Below are positions 8,927-18,288 of a DNA stretch of 64,000 nucleotides, piece by piece. The notes under the pieces were generated by a model. That model saw only the letters and a program-made list of their open reading frames with translations. It did no database searches and was not told the DNA's origin. A program made the translations under genes and the position numbers. The DNA is taken from contig CAZKUN010000013.1 in NCBI GenBank assembly GCA_964555935.1, positions 4,539 through 68,538 of the forward strand, in the 5' to 3' direction. The DNA is from an uncultured Armatimonadia bacterium. Its GTDB lineage: Bacteria > Armatimonadota > Zipacnadia > Zipacnadales > VGFC01. Within the stretch, counting starts at the first letter, position 1, and every line of letters starts with the position of its first letter.

Positions 8927-11080
8927 TCACGAGGCCTGCAGAACGGCGATGAGCCGCAACATGCGTTCGCGCAGTTCGCGCATGCGGCGGACGGTCAGTT
9001 CCGGAGCGGGAGTGTACTCCCAGATGTAGCGATCATCGAAGGGGCGGTCCGCGAAGCTATTCACGGGGGACATCCGGCGCGCCTCGGCGAGTAACGCTCG
9101 GGCCTCGGACGGGGCGGCGCCCGAGCGAGACCGGCATAGGCGCTCAAGCGTGCGGAGACAGCGGTAGTCCTCGACGCCCTCGCGTCGCCCCTCCCAGCCG
9201 ATCGTGCCTACGGGTCCCTGCTCCGAGGGTGCCATGTACCACTGACTCCAATCCTCGGGCACGGCCCATGTCCCGTCGGCGTCGCGGGTTAGGGGTTCGG
9301 TCGAGTAGTAGGCCCACTGGCCGAGGCCGCGCAGGCCCGCGCTCCACGTGTAGAAACCACATGCGTATCGGTCAAAGCGCGGGCTCTGGCCACGCTGGTT
9401 GCAGTCGTATCCCCACAGCTCCTTCCCCATCTCCTCTGCGCGGGCGACCGTCGCCTCATCCACGTCCGAGACGCCCGCGATCCACACATCGTAGAGTTCG
9501 CCCACATGCTCGACGCCGTACTGGCCTATGGCGGTGACGGTCCGAGCCTCGGGAACCTGTGAGTAGAGCCGGCCGAATGTCTCCCTCACTCCGGCAACGC
9601 GTTCTGCGTTGTTGGGCTCATCAGCCACGTAGAAGAGCAGAGGAGGCCACCCGAGAAGCTTCCGCCGCTGCAAGAGGTCCCGGACGGTGCCTGGGTCGCG
9701 GAATGCTCCCCAGCCCGGAATGCCCCCGCCGGCAGACAGCAGTATCAGCGGTCTGTCTGGAGCCACGAGCCCCGCGGCCTGTGCGAGCGCCAGCCGTTGC
9801 CGCAGGCCAAGGTAATGCCGAGCGTCGGAGGGCTCGTACTGCATGTCGAGGTCCAGCTCGACCCTAATGTCGCCGCCGCGCGTCTCGCGTTCGGGCGCGA
9901 CGTAGAGACTGACCGATGTCATCCCGTGCTCCGCCATGTCGCGGTAGTAGAGCCTCTGTAGTCGAGGTGATGCCATTGGCTCCGTCAGGTACACGTCGGC
10001 GTAATACATGAAAAACGACACATCGGCGGGATCGAGTTTCACGCGGGGCACGGTGACGGCGATGCTGATGGGGAATCGCCCGCGTTCAGTTTCCGCCTCC
10101 AACTCCAGTCGCAACTCCGGCAGTGACCAGTCCGGGGGCACGCGCACCCGCACGGCGTGCTGCAGGACGTCGCCCCGCTTCACGTCCTCGCGCGCGTGGC
10201 CCTGCTCGGACTCAGCAGGCGGCAGAAGCAGCAGAGGGTAGCGGATGTGTGCCTGGCTGTTGAGCTCGCGCTTGCTGTAACCGATGCGAAACAGCGCGAC
10301 GTCGTCGGCACGTAGCCCCGGGGGCAGGCCTTGGACGCGAAGACGCGCGCCCTCAATATCCCGCAGCGCGTGAAGCATCACCATGACGGTTTCGCGCTCG
10401 CCTGGCGGGCAAGTGGCTCTGATCTCCCCGTCGGGGGCGAGACACTCCTCGCGCAGGGGCATGTACCGCGCCGAGGTGCCCTGCTCCAGTGGGCGCGTGA
10501 ATGCGAGGAAGCCGAGGTCCGATTCGAGCGTCGTCGGGTCGACCGGCGGGTTAACGACGGGACTTACGTCGCCGATGCGAACGGAGTCATCCTGAACGAA
10601 AGTGATCCCGTCCCAGTGCGACTCCGGAGCGTACGACAGGAGCCCGATCTTAACGACGCTGTCAGTCTCCCGCGTCCGGAAGTCAAGCTTGAGTTCGGTC
10701 CATTCGGGGAACCTGGCCCAGCCCGTGGATGCGACACAGATGCCGTTGAGCACGGCGTCATACGCGACGAGCGAGTGGTGCCCGGCGGCCGGCGTGCGGA
10801 TCCAGGCTCGCGCGCGATAGCCCGTGTTGGGCTTTACCGTGATGGGCTGGTAGGCCAGGGCATACGCCGAGCCCTCCTCACGCTGCAGGCGCAGCCACCG
10901 GTCGCCGTCGGTCGCGTCATCTGTCTCCACCGTCGCCGTGACGTTCGTCGTGACGGCCCAGCCCTCGGGCAAACCATCGGCAACGGCCTCGAAGGACGGG
11001 TTGCTCGGAAGATTCGGCGCCCCCTGAGCGACGCCCGCTGACGCGCACAACCAAGCGGTCACGGCTATACAGGTAGTCAT
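8927..11080 (-). CDS. Secreted protein: N-terminal CBM4_9-like beta-sandwich plus TIM-barrel glycoside-hydrolase-like domain (DUF4091/GH123-like?)
   Basis: Signal peptide MTTCIAVTAWLCASAGVAQG. NPSFE...GWAV resembles CBM4_9 entry motifs. YVADEP and W/Y-rich C-terminal segments suggest a glycosidase-like barrel. There is a 4-bp ATGA overlap with the upstream gene (operon). Confidence 0.6.
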   Translation of the reverse strand: MTTCIAVTAWLCASAGVAQGAPNLPSNPSFEAVADGLPEGWAVTTNVTATVETDDATDGDRWLRLQREEGSAYALAYQPITVKPNTGYRARAWIRTPAAGHHSLVAYDAVLNGICVASTGWARFPEWTELKLDFRTRETDSVVKIGLLSYAPESHWDGITFVQDDSVRIGDVSPVVNPPVDPTTLESDLGFLAFTRPLEQGTSARYMPLREECLAPDGEIRATCPPGERETVMVMLHALRDIEGARLRVQGLPPGLRADDVALFRIGYSKRELNSQAHIRYPLLLLPPAESEQGHAREDVKRGDVLQHAVRVRVPPDWSLPELRLELEAETERGRFPISIAVTVPRVKLDPADVSFFMYYADVYLTEPMASPRLQRLYYRDMAEHGMTSVSLYVAPERETRGGDIRVELDLDMQYEPSDARHYLGLRQRLALAQAAGLVAPDRPLILLSAGGGIPGWGAFRDPGTVRDLLQRRKLLGWPPLLFYVADEPNNAERVAGVRETFGRLYSQVPEARTVTAIGQYGVEHVGELYDVWIAGVSDVDEATVARAEEMGKELWGYDCNQRGQSPRFDRYACGFYTWSAGLRGLGQWAYYSTEPLTRDADGTWAVPEDWSQWYMAPSEQGPVGTIGWEGRREGVEDYRCLRTLERLCRSRSGAAPSEARALLAEARRMSPVNSFADRPFDDRYIWEYTPAPELTVRRMRELRERMLRLIAVLQAS

Positions 11081-13896
11081 TTCGCAGCCGTCCAGTGGAT
11101 GGTGTTGGGCATCCGGAAGGTTGGGGCGCCTGGTATGGTTCGATGGGGGTGGTGCGTGTGCGCGGCGCCACGTCCGCCCTCGATGAGATCGAAGCCGGGA
11201 CGGTGTCGCAGAGCGATCGTCGCGCGTCCGTCAGGATTGGCTTGGACGCCGTCGACGGCCAGCGCATAGGTAGTTCCGTCTCCGAACTCGACAGTTACGC
11301 GTTCGTTGGGCAATCCCTCGCGCGCGGGAATCTGCGTATCCACAACAAGCGCGTCCTCATCGTCGCCCGCCTCGACGCAGAGCACGTCCACCACGTTCCC
11401 CTCCGCCGCCGGGGGAGCCGTGATGCTCTGGCCAGCCATCGCGACCTCCGTTCCGTCTACGAGGACCATCTCGGTGGGCTCGTCATCGACCACACGCGCG
11501 AAGGCGTAGCGTCCGGTCACTCGCAGGTCGATATTGGCAGCACCTACGCTGACATCCGGACCCGTGGTTAGGGCGTGGTAGTCAGTGAAGCCTTCGCCGC
11601 GGCAGACGATCCCGACGGCACCCGCTCCGTCGCCTTCGAGCGGCAAGCTCTCGACGCTGGTGAGCCTCGGCGCGTCCCGGAACGGCTCATGGACGGCGGC
11701 GAAGACGCTCTGTAGATCGGAGCCCTCTCGGCGCACGAGCAGCGCGGGCATCGTGTGGTCGAAGACCGCCGCGTTGCTCTCCTTGGCCCGGCGGATCGAC
11801 GGCAGCGCCGCAGTGTAGACCGTCGTGTCGGGCTGGCCCAATAGCGAGGTGTGGAGGCCGCGAGACGGATCGTCCGCATACCGGAACGTCGCCGACCACG
11901 CCTGCGCGCCGTCCCCGCGAGCCACGTCCTCGAACAGGCCATAGAGGGTGTTGACGCCGTCGACGACCGGGTTCCAGCTCTGGGCGATTGTATCCGTCCA
12001 CGGCCGCCGCGCCCAGCCCGGTGGGAGAAGACCCGCCGCATGGGGTTGCATCGGCAGACTGGCCTCCAGCGTCTGGTCGTAGTCGGCGCTGCCGTGGAGG
12101 CACCAGTCGTGCTTGTCCCCGCCCGTGACGCGGAAGACATCGACCACGTAGCCTCCTCCGCCGGGCAACGCCACGAGCGCGAGCGCTCTGCGGTACAGGG
12201 ATGCGATGTCGGGGTAGGCGCCCTCCGACGAGGCCTCGCAGAAACGCAGGAGATCGCCGCACCGTGCCCACGCCATGAGCGCGCCATCCGCGGGAGGGTC
12301 GTCGCCCGACGAGCGCTGATTGGCCTCATTCACGACCACCGAATTATGAGCAACCGTGCTGCATGCGAAGGGCCGCAATATCGTGTGCGTGTAGCCCAAG
12401 TCGGGCAGGAGTTGTCGGCCCGCTCCGAAGAGAAGCAGATCGAGAGCATCGGCATGTTGGTGTCCGTAGCCGCCTGAGAAGTGGAGGTTTGCTTGCACGC
12501 CGCTCTCGCCCGCGCCGACCCCGAGGATGGCATGCCCCATGGCCCACGCAAGTGCCGTGCCGACCGGCCCCTCGCGCGCCTCGGGGATGGGGCGACCGAG
12601 GTTGGCGGCGGGCCAGGCATCGTGGATGGGCGTGACCTCGCCGTCCGGCAACCGCATTCGGTTCAGCGCGGCGATCGACTCCTCGAGCATCGGGACATCA
12701 CTCGCGCCCGAGAATCTGTCGATGTGCAGACCGTCGATGGGGTTGACGTACCCCTCCGGGTCTGAGTAGCCCTTGAGCGGTCCTTCGACGCAGCTCTGCA
12801 GAGAGTAGACCGTTTGGGAGTGATACGATGGGGAGGCCTCGCGCCAGATGCCGTCCGGGTAGAACTGCCGCTCGAGGATCCCGTCCACGCGTCGCAGAGC
12901 GTCGTGGACGAACTCCGGCTCGCCGATGACCCGCCCGATCACCGCCAGCCCTCGTATGAGCGAGCCGTCCATGTTCCCCAGGTAGATCGGGAAGGTGCGC
13001 GTGAAGTTGGCGGTCGCCCGGTGGAATTCTTCAATGTTACGGCGGACATCGGTGCCCAGTTCATCTGAGAGAGCGTCAACCGCCTCGCTGTCGGCCACCC
13101 GGTCGTACGTGCGAGCGAGAGCGGGCGACATCTCCGAGTAGAACCAGTTGTCCAGGCCATCGCCGCGCAAGGTCGAGCAGTACGGGTATGGCGTGCTGTA
13201 TCCTGGGAGGTCTTTCGCCATGCCCGGCACGGGCTGCAATCCGTTGGGCGGTCTCGGCAGCGGCTGGGTGTCGAAGACCTTCATCGCGAACATCGACCAG
13301 TTCTCAATCCCATGCGGGCTGTAGTGCGGATACACCTCCGCCAGCCGGTTCAGGATGATCCCCGCCTGCCGCGCGTGCGGCTCGTCTCCCGTCGCGTGGT
13401 ATATCTTGGCCAGCGCGCCGGCCATGGACTCCATGTATCTCTTCTTGCAGTTCTCGACACGCATCTGCATGAAGTGCTTATAGCCGTCCTCGCCCTCCCA
13501 GTACCGGTAGACGTGCTCCTGTCCGGTGGAGTCGGTGACGCGCGTCTCCTTGTCCAGCGGGTACTCCTCGTTGGGGAAGACCATGTTGCAGAACTTGCAC
13601 TCGATCTGGTCCGGCTCCTCCGGCGACCAGAGCCAGTGGTAGGTATCCGAGACGTTGCCATCATCGCAGTTCGGGCAGAGGATGTGATAGAAGGTCGTTC
13701 GCGGAACGATGAACTCGTCGATCTGCTCGCGTCCGAGGGACATGACGTGCGTGGCCTGCTCTCGGAGCGAATCCACTTCGGCGTCAGTCAACTCCACCGG
13801 GAAGACGGGGTGTTTGACCGGATAGGCCATCGCGGAGGAACAGATCACCACGCTCATTAGGAGCGCCAGGCCACCGAGCATGTTCGCGTGGAGCAT
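11077..13896 (-). CDS. Heparinase II/III-like polysaccharide lyase (alpha/alpha toroid + beta-sandwich), secreted
   Basis: Signal peptide present. Hallmark GGYGHQHADALDLLLFGAGRQLLPDLGYTHT...HNSVVV matches the Hepar_II_III motif H.H.D......D.GY....HNS. There is an unusual N-terminal CxxC...CxxC insert. Confidence 0.8.
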   Translation of the reverse strand: MLHANMLGGLALLMSVVICSSAMAYPVKHPVFPVELTDAEVDSLREQATHVMSLGREQIDEFIVPRTTFYHILCPNCDDGNVSDTYHWLWSPEEPDQIECKFCNMVFPNEEYPLDKETRVTDSTGQEHVYRYWEGEDGYKHFMQMRVENCKKRYMESMAGALAKIYHATGDEPHARQAGIILNRLAEVYPHYSPHGIENWSMFAMKVFDTQPLPRPPNGLQPVPGMAKDLPGYSTPYPYCSTLRGDGLDNWFYSEMSPALARTYDRVADSEAVDALSDELGTDVRRNIEEFHRATANFTRTFPIYLGNMDGSLIRGLAVIGRVIGEPEFVHDALRRVDGILERQFYPDGIWREASPSYHSQTVYSLQSCVEGPLKGYSDPEGYVNPIDGLHIDRFSGASDVPMLEESIAALNRMRLPDGEVTPIHDAWPAANLGRPIPEAREGPVGTALAWAMGHAILGVGAGESGVQANLHFSGGYGHQHADALDLLLFGAGRQLLPDLGYTHTILRPFACSTVAHNSVVVNEANQRSSGDDPPADGALMAWARCGDLLRFCEASSEGAYPDIASLYRRALALVALPGGGGYVVDVFRVTGGDKHDWCLHGSADYDQTLEASLPMQPHAAGLLPPGWARRPWTDTIAQSWNPVVDGVNTLYGLFEDVARGDGAQAWSATFRYADDPSRGLHTSLLGQPDTTVYTAALPSIRRAKESNAAVFDHTMPALLVRREGSDLQSVFAAVHEPFRDAPRLTSVESLPLEGDGAGAVGIVCRGEGFTDYHALTTGPDVSVGAANIDLRVTGRYAFARVVDDEPTEMVLVDGTEVAMAGQSITAPPAAEGNVVDVLCVEAGDDEDALVVDTQIPAREGLPNERVTVEFGDGTTYALAVDGVQANPDGRATIALRHRPGFDLIEGGRGAAHTHHPHRTIPGAPTFRMPNTIHWTAAK

Positions 13897-14082
13897 GTAG
13901 GACCTCCAACGGCCGTCGATGCGGTAGTGGATGTCTGAGATCAGCTCCGCCCGCCACCCTCGTCCCCACCCGCTTCGCCCAGCGGCGTGGCTCCACCTCG
14001 CCTTGGCCGTCCAGCGGGCGAGGCGTGAGCGAGGAACCGGTGGCGGGAACGCGGAACATGCATGCCCATGCCGTCCGTGTCC

Positions 14083-14160
14083 GCGGGTCGCCCGACCCGC
14101 GAGAACTCACCCGGGATTGGGCGTGCGGGTCGGGCGACCCGCAGGCACGAACGACCGGGG
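14083..14160. promoter_or_regulatory. Pair of 14-bp palindromes GGGTC-N4-GACCC (gggtcgcccgaccc and gggtcgggcgaccc) ~25 bp apart, upstream of the amidohydrolase operon; the second is followed by gcaggcacgaacgac
   Basis: Read directly in the 280-bp intergenic region. The same palindrome+tail is found at 51483..51512 and 62290..62330. This is a candidate operator or a REP-like element. Confidence 0.5.
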
Positions 14161-14176
14161 ATGGGGAGTTACGCCC

Positions 14177-15772
14177 ATGAGCCTGAGGCTGTTCGACGCC
14201 CACTGCTACCTCGGCCGGTTCAAGCACCTCGACGAGCGCTACTTCCACGCGCGTGAAGACTTGCTCGCGGAGATGGATCACTTTGGCATTGCCGAGGCGC
14301 TCGTTTGCGACACGCTATCGCGCGAGTTGGACCCTCGAGCCGGTAACCCTCGCATCGTGGATCTGTGCAGGGACGAGCCCCGCCTCCACCCGTCGTGGGC
14401 GCTGGCCCCGCCCGTGCAGTCGCTGCCGTTCCCGCTTGACGAGTTGCCCTCGGCCATGGCCGACGCGGACGTGCGGGCTGTCCGGCTGTTCCCCGGCCAC
14501 CTGGAATTCACGCTCGACGAGTGGTGCGTCGGTCCAATCCTGGAAGTGATGCAAGACATCCGCGTGCCGGTCCTCATCGACCCAACGCCGGCCCTCAAGG
14601 CGGCGGGGCGAGACCTCACCGACTGGGACGCGATGGTCCGGCTGTGCAAGGCATTCCCGGATCTACCGATCATCGCCGCCGAACAGCGGTGGTACTGGCG
14701 CGATCGCACGTTCTACCCCGCGCTGGAGGCCTGCGAGAATCTTCACCTCGAGCTGAGCGCGTTCTGGATGTTCCGCGGCATTGAGTTCGTCTGCCGGGAA
14801 TATGGGGCGCATCGATTGCTGTTTGGCACGAGGCTGCCGGTCCGAGACGCGGGGGCAACGGTGGCGCAACTCCAATACGCAGAGATCTCCGACGAGGAGA
14901 AGCAAGCCATCGCGGGGGACAATCTGCGCCAGATGCTCGACCTCGATCCCCAGCCGATCGAGCAGGTCGCGCCGGACCCCGGCCTCGGCACGTGGTACTC
15001 GGCAGTCCGGGCGGCCCAAGAACCCTTCGCGGGCGAGACGCTGGTCGACATCCACGCGCACATCGGCCCGGGCTCACCGTACTTTCTCCCGGATTCCGAA
15101 CCGGACCAACTCGTCCGCCAGATGGACCGACACGGCATCAGCAAGATGGTGAGCTTCGCCTTCGCCGGGATGAACGCGGACTGGGCCTGGGGCAACGACT
15201 TCGCGCACCAGGCGGCCTGCGATCACCCCGGCCGGATCCTGCCGCTCGCCCAAGTGAATCTGTGGGATGATGCGGAGATGACTCGCGAGATGGAGCGCTG
15301 CTGCGACGAATTCGGCTTCTGGGGCGTGAAGCTGCACCCTTGGTGGAACGAATACCCCGAGACGGGCGATCATGTCAGGCGGTGCTGCGAGTTCGTCAAC
15401 GATCGAAAGCTCATGTTGCTCAACCACCACTGGGGCCCGCCCACCGCCCTCGACGAGATCGCCAAGGACTGTCCGAACGCTCAGCTCATCGTCGGACACT
15501 TGGCTCTGGATGCCGAGTACGCGCGGGTGATCAATGAGAACGACAACGTGCACATCTGCACGTGCCTGCCGGTCCTGCGAGGCGAGGTCGAGCAAGCGGT
15601 GAAGCTGATCGACACGAGCAAAATCATGTTTGGCTCGGATGTCCCCGACCTGCCCATTCCCATCGGCTTCGGATCGATTCTCTACGCGAGGATCGATGAC
15701 GAGGCGAAGCGCGCCATCATGGGCGTAAACGCTCAGCGACTACTGGAGAAGATCACATGCGCGAAAACATGA
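14177..15772 (+). CDS. Tandem-fused double amidohydrolase-2 (PF04909-like metal-dependent TIM-barrel hydrolase; sugar-lactonase/decarboxylase family)
   Basis: Two repeats each begin with a metal-binding motif (LFDAHCYLG and LVDIHAHIGPGSPYF) and carry C-terminal HxxW/D motifs. The start is reassigned to the ATG at 14177 (MSLRLFDAH), which has a GGAG RBS. The upstream part of track ORF 13931 overlaps repeat elements. Confidence 0.75.
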   Translation: MSLRLFDAHCYLGRFKHLDERYFHAREDLLAEMDHFGIAEALVCDTLSRELDPRAGNPRIVDLCRDEPRLHPSWALAPPVQSLPFPLDELPSAMADADVRAVRLFPGHLEFTLDEWCVGPILEVMQDIRVPVLIDPTPALKAAGRDLTDWDAMVRLCKAFPDLPIIAAEQRWYWRDRTFYPALEACENLHLELSAFWMFRGIEFVCREYGAHRLLFGTRLPVRDAGATVAQLQYAEISDEEKQAIAGDNLRQMLDLDPQPIEQVAPDPGLGTWYSAVRAAQEPFAGETLVDIHAHIGPGSPYFLPDSEPDQLVRQMDRHGISKMVSFAFAGMNADWAWGNDFAHQAACDHPGRILPLAQVNLWDDAEMTREMERCCDEFGFWGVKLHPWWNEYPETGDHVRRCCEFVNDRKLMLLNHHWGPPTALDEIAKDCPNAQLIVGHLALDAEYARVINENDNVHICTCLPVLRGEVEQAVKLIDTSKIMFGSDVPDLPIPIGFGSILYARIDDEAKRAIMGVNAQRLLEKITCAKT

Positions 15773-17079
15773 GTATGGCCATAGCGCTAGTCGGCATCGC
15801 GTCGCTAGCGCCGGTTGCCCTGGCCGCCGAGACCCTCCCGGACGGCTTCCCCACCCAGCGAGGCCGGTTCGCCTTCACCAGCGCGCAGATCCTCGCGAAT
15901 CCTGGCGACCATGCAGAAGAGCTGGAATACCTCTCTCAGTTCGATGTTGTCCTGACGAACGGACTCGGGATCGCGCCAGAGGCCACCCGGGACCACCTGC
16001 AGGCTCAGGGCTGCGAGCTGTTCCTGTACTTCTGGACCAACGGCCTCTACGCGGAGAATCGGGTCGCCAACCCGCCGATGGGCGATTGGTGCGATACGCT
16101 CGTCGCCAGGCCCCGCATTAACTTCATCGGCGGCGTCCCGCTCCCCAGCCTGGCGGGCAAACCGGCCTACTACTACGATCTGACCAATGGCGAGCTGGTG
16201 GATCGGCTGTGCGCTGAGATGGCGAAATCCCGTGCGGAAACGGGCTATGACGGCATCTTCTTCGACTACACCGGCGTGTACCCGCTGCCACCGGAGGTGC
16301 TGGAGGTCTGGCAACGCGAGCACCCGGACACGGCGTACGACGAGGGCGTTCTGGACCTGCTCCGTCGACTGCGCGAAGTCGACCCGGAGTGCCTGATCTT
16401 CACGAATCAAGCACACCGCGCGGACGTGCCGCTGCTGGCTGAGGCCGACTACGACTTGGCCGAGAGCCTGGCGACGAGTTTCATGTGGGGCCCCGAGACG
16501 GAGATCGACGGCGAGAAGATCTCAGAGACCTACTTCCGCACTTGGCCCGGCGAGTTCGGCATCGAGGGCTCGTATGGCGAGCTGGAAAGGGCTGCCCGCG
16601 AAACGCCTCCCCGCCGCGACATGTTCTACCTCGACTACATGCAGCCCCGCTACAGGACGCAAGCCGACGAAGCGCCGGAAGGGTCGCTTGACCTGGAGGC
16701 CGTCTACTACTCCTACTGCGCCGCCGCGCTTTGGGGGAGGGCGGCGGCTTGTAGCGGCTGGTACGCAGGGCATGAGTATCGCGGGCCGCTGCACTTCGCC
16801 GACCTCGGCGACCCACTCGGAGATGGCCCGGTCGAGGAGGACGGGGCGGTGGTAAGGGAGTATCAGCGAGGATTGGTCGTGCTGACCGCGGGTGTCGACC
16901 CCGTCTCGATCCCGTATCCTGTTGCAGCGGGCGAAGCGCTGTATGACCTGTTCAGCTCGGCGTGGATCGAGCCTGTCGATGGCGAGTGCGAGTTGACGCT
17001 GGCGCCTGGCGTGAGAAGCATCTCGGGTGAGCCTCACCCAATCGGACGCGTGTACCTGAAAACAAGCCGGACCAACTAG
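15769..17079 (+). CDS. Secreted TIM-barrel glycoside-hydrolase-like protein (GH114-like/GHL family, putative)
   Basis: Signal peptide MAIALVGIASLAPVALAAE. The GYDGIFFDY motif resembles the GH114 G(F/Y)DG(V/I)FLD catalytic segment. There is an ATGA overlap with the upstream gene. Confidence 0.55.
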   Translation: MSMAIALVGIASLAPVALAAETLPDGFPTQRGRFAFTSAQILANPGDHAEELEYLSQFDVVLTNGLGIAPEATRDHLQAQGCELFLYFWTNGLYAENRVANPPMGDWCDTLVARPRINFIGGVPLPSLAGKPAYYYDLTNGELVDRLCAEMAKSRAETGYDGIFFDYTGVYPLPPEVLEVWQREHPDTAYDEGVLDLLRRLREVDPECLIFTNQAHRADVPLLAEADYDLAESLATSFMWGPETEIDGEKISETYFRTWPGEFGIEGSYGELERAARETPPRRDMFYLDYMQPRYRTQADEAPEGSLDLEAVYYSYCAAALWGRAAACSGWYAGHEYRGPLHFADLGDPLGDGPVEEDGAVVREYQRGLVVLTAGVDPVSIPYPVAAGEALYDLFSSAWIEPVDGECELTLAPGVRSISGEPHPIGRVYLKTSRTN

Positions 17080-17085
17080 GGAGAG

Positions 17086-18237
17086 ATGAGCATGTGGCAT
17101 TACTTCGACGACGCAGATCTAGCCGCAGTGAAGGAAGTGCTCGACCGAGGCGTTCTGGGGAGCATCGGTGACGCACCCGCGACACGGGGCTTGGAGGCGG
17201 CGTTCTGCGAGGAATTCGGCTCAGCCCACGCGCTTGGCGTCTGCAATGCGATGGCCGGGCTGCACTCAGCCGTCGCTGCGTCCGGAGCGGGAGCCGGCGA
17301 TGAAGTCGTTGTCGATTCGCTGGTGGGATTCGGCGCTTTGGCGGTGCTGTTCAACAACGCGATCCCTGTGTTTGCAGACGTCCGTCGCGACACTCACACG
17401 ATGGATGTCGAGTCGCTCCGCTCGCGGATCTCAGAGCGCACGAAGGCGATCATCGTCACCCAGCTCTGGGGCCTGATCGCCGACATGGACGAGATCATGG
17501 CGATCGCCAAGGAGCACGATCTCCTCGTCATCGAGGACTGCGCGCACGCGATCTACGCCACGTACAACGGCAAGTATGCGGGCACGATTGGCGACGTCGG
17601 CGTCTTCAGTTTCCAGGAGAGCAAGCAGCTCTCGACCGGCGATGGTGGGATCGTCCTGTTCCAGGACCCGGATGTCGGCGAACGGATCAATGATATGGTC
17701 ACCTTCGGCACGATGCCCTCGCGGGTGGCGCTGAACTACCGCATCACCGAGGTGATGTCGGCTATCGCTAAGGTGCAACTTGGGAAGACGCCCGGGTACG
17801 TCGATATCTGCGTCCGCTCCGCCAACCAGTTCAACGACGCCGTCGCGGGCAGCCCTTTGATCGCGCCCCAGATCACGCCCGAGGGCCGCGTGAACACCTA
17901 CCATCTGTGGGCGGCCACGTACGAGGGCGACGATCAGGGCCTGCCGTACGATGACTTCCAAAGAATCGCCGCCGAGCAGGGCGTCAACTTCATGTGGCGC
18001 TACATCCAGCAGGCGCCGTACCTGTTCGACGTCATCCGCGAGCCGGTTGCCTTCGGTCGCGGATGCCCGACCCAGTGCCCGCTGCGGGCGCGAGATATCA
18101 GCTACGATGAGGGCACGTGCCCGACGGCGGAGCTGATCATGGATCGGATAATGCTGGCCTACACGGGCGGCGACCCAGACGCCAACGCAGTGACCGCGGA
18201 CGGATTGCGCAAGGCGCTCGAGATCGCCCAAGGTTAG
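17086..18237 (+). CDS. DegT/DnrJ/EryC1/StrS-family PLP-dependent sugar aminotransferase (second paralogue)
   Basis: VIEDCAHAIYA and the PLP-lysine motif FSFQESKQLSTGDGG are present. The gene sits 6 bp after the previous gene, with a GGAGAG RBS. Confidence 0.9.
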   Translation: MSMWHYFDDADLAAVKEVLDRGVLGSIGDAPATRGLEAAFCEEFGSAHALGVCNAMAGLHSAVAASGAGAGDEVVVDSLVGFGALAVLFNNAIPVFADVRRDTHTMDVESLRSRISERTKAIIVTQLWGLIADMDEIMAIAKEHDLLVIEDCAHAIYATYNGKYAGTIGDVGVFSFQESKQLSTGDGGIVLFQDPDVGERINDMVTFGTMPSRVALNYRITEVMSAIAKVQLGKTPGYVDICVRSANQFNDAVAGSPLIAPQITPEGRVNTYHLWAATYEGDDQGLPYDDFQRIAAEQGVNFMWRYIQQAPYLFDVIREPVAFGRGCPTQCPLRARDISYDEGTCPTAELIMDRIMLAYTGGDPDANAVTADGLRKALEIAQG

Positions 18238-18288
18238 GATGCGTTGGGACCATTGTGCGCGACCTACCAGCCGCCTCGGAGGACCCAC

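Noticed and set aside
13931-14176. 82-aa N-terminal extension of the amidohydrolase ORF
   Set aside because: The region is occupied by palindromic repeat elements and is Arg/Pro/Ala-rich. The conserved amidohydrolase N-terminus begins at the ATG 14177, which has a GGAG RBS.
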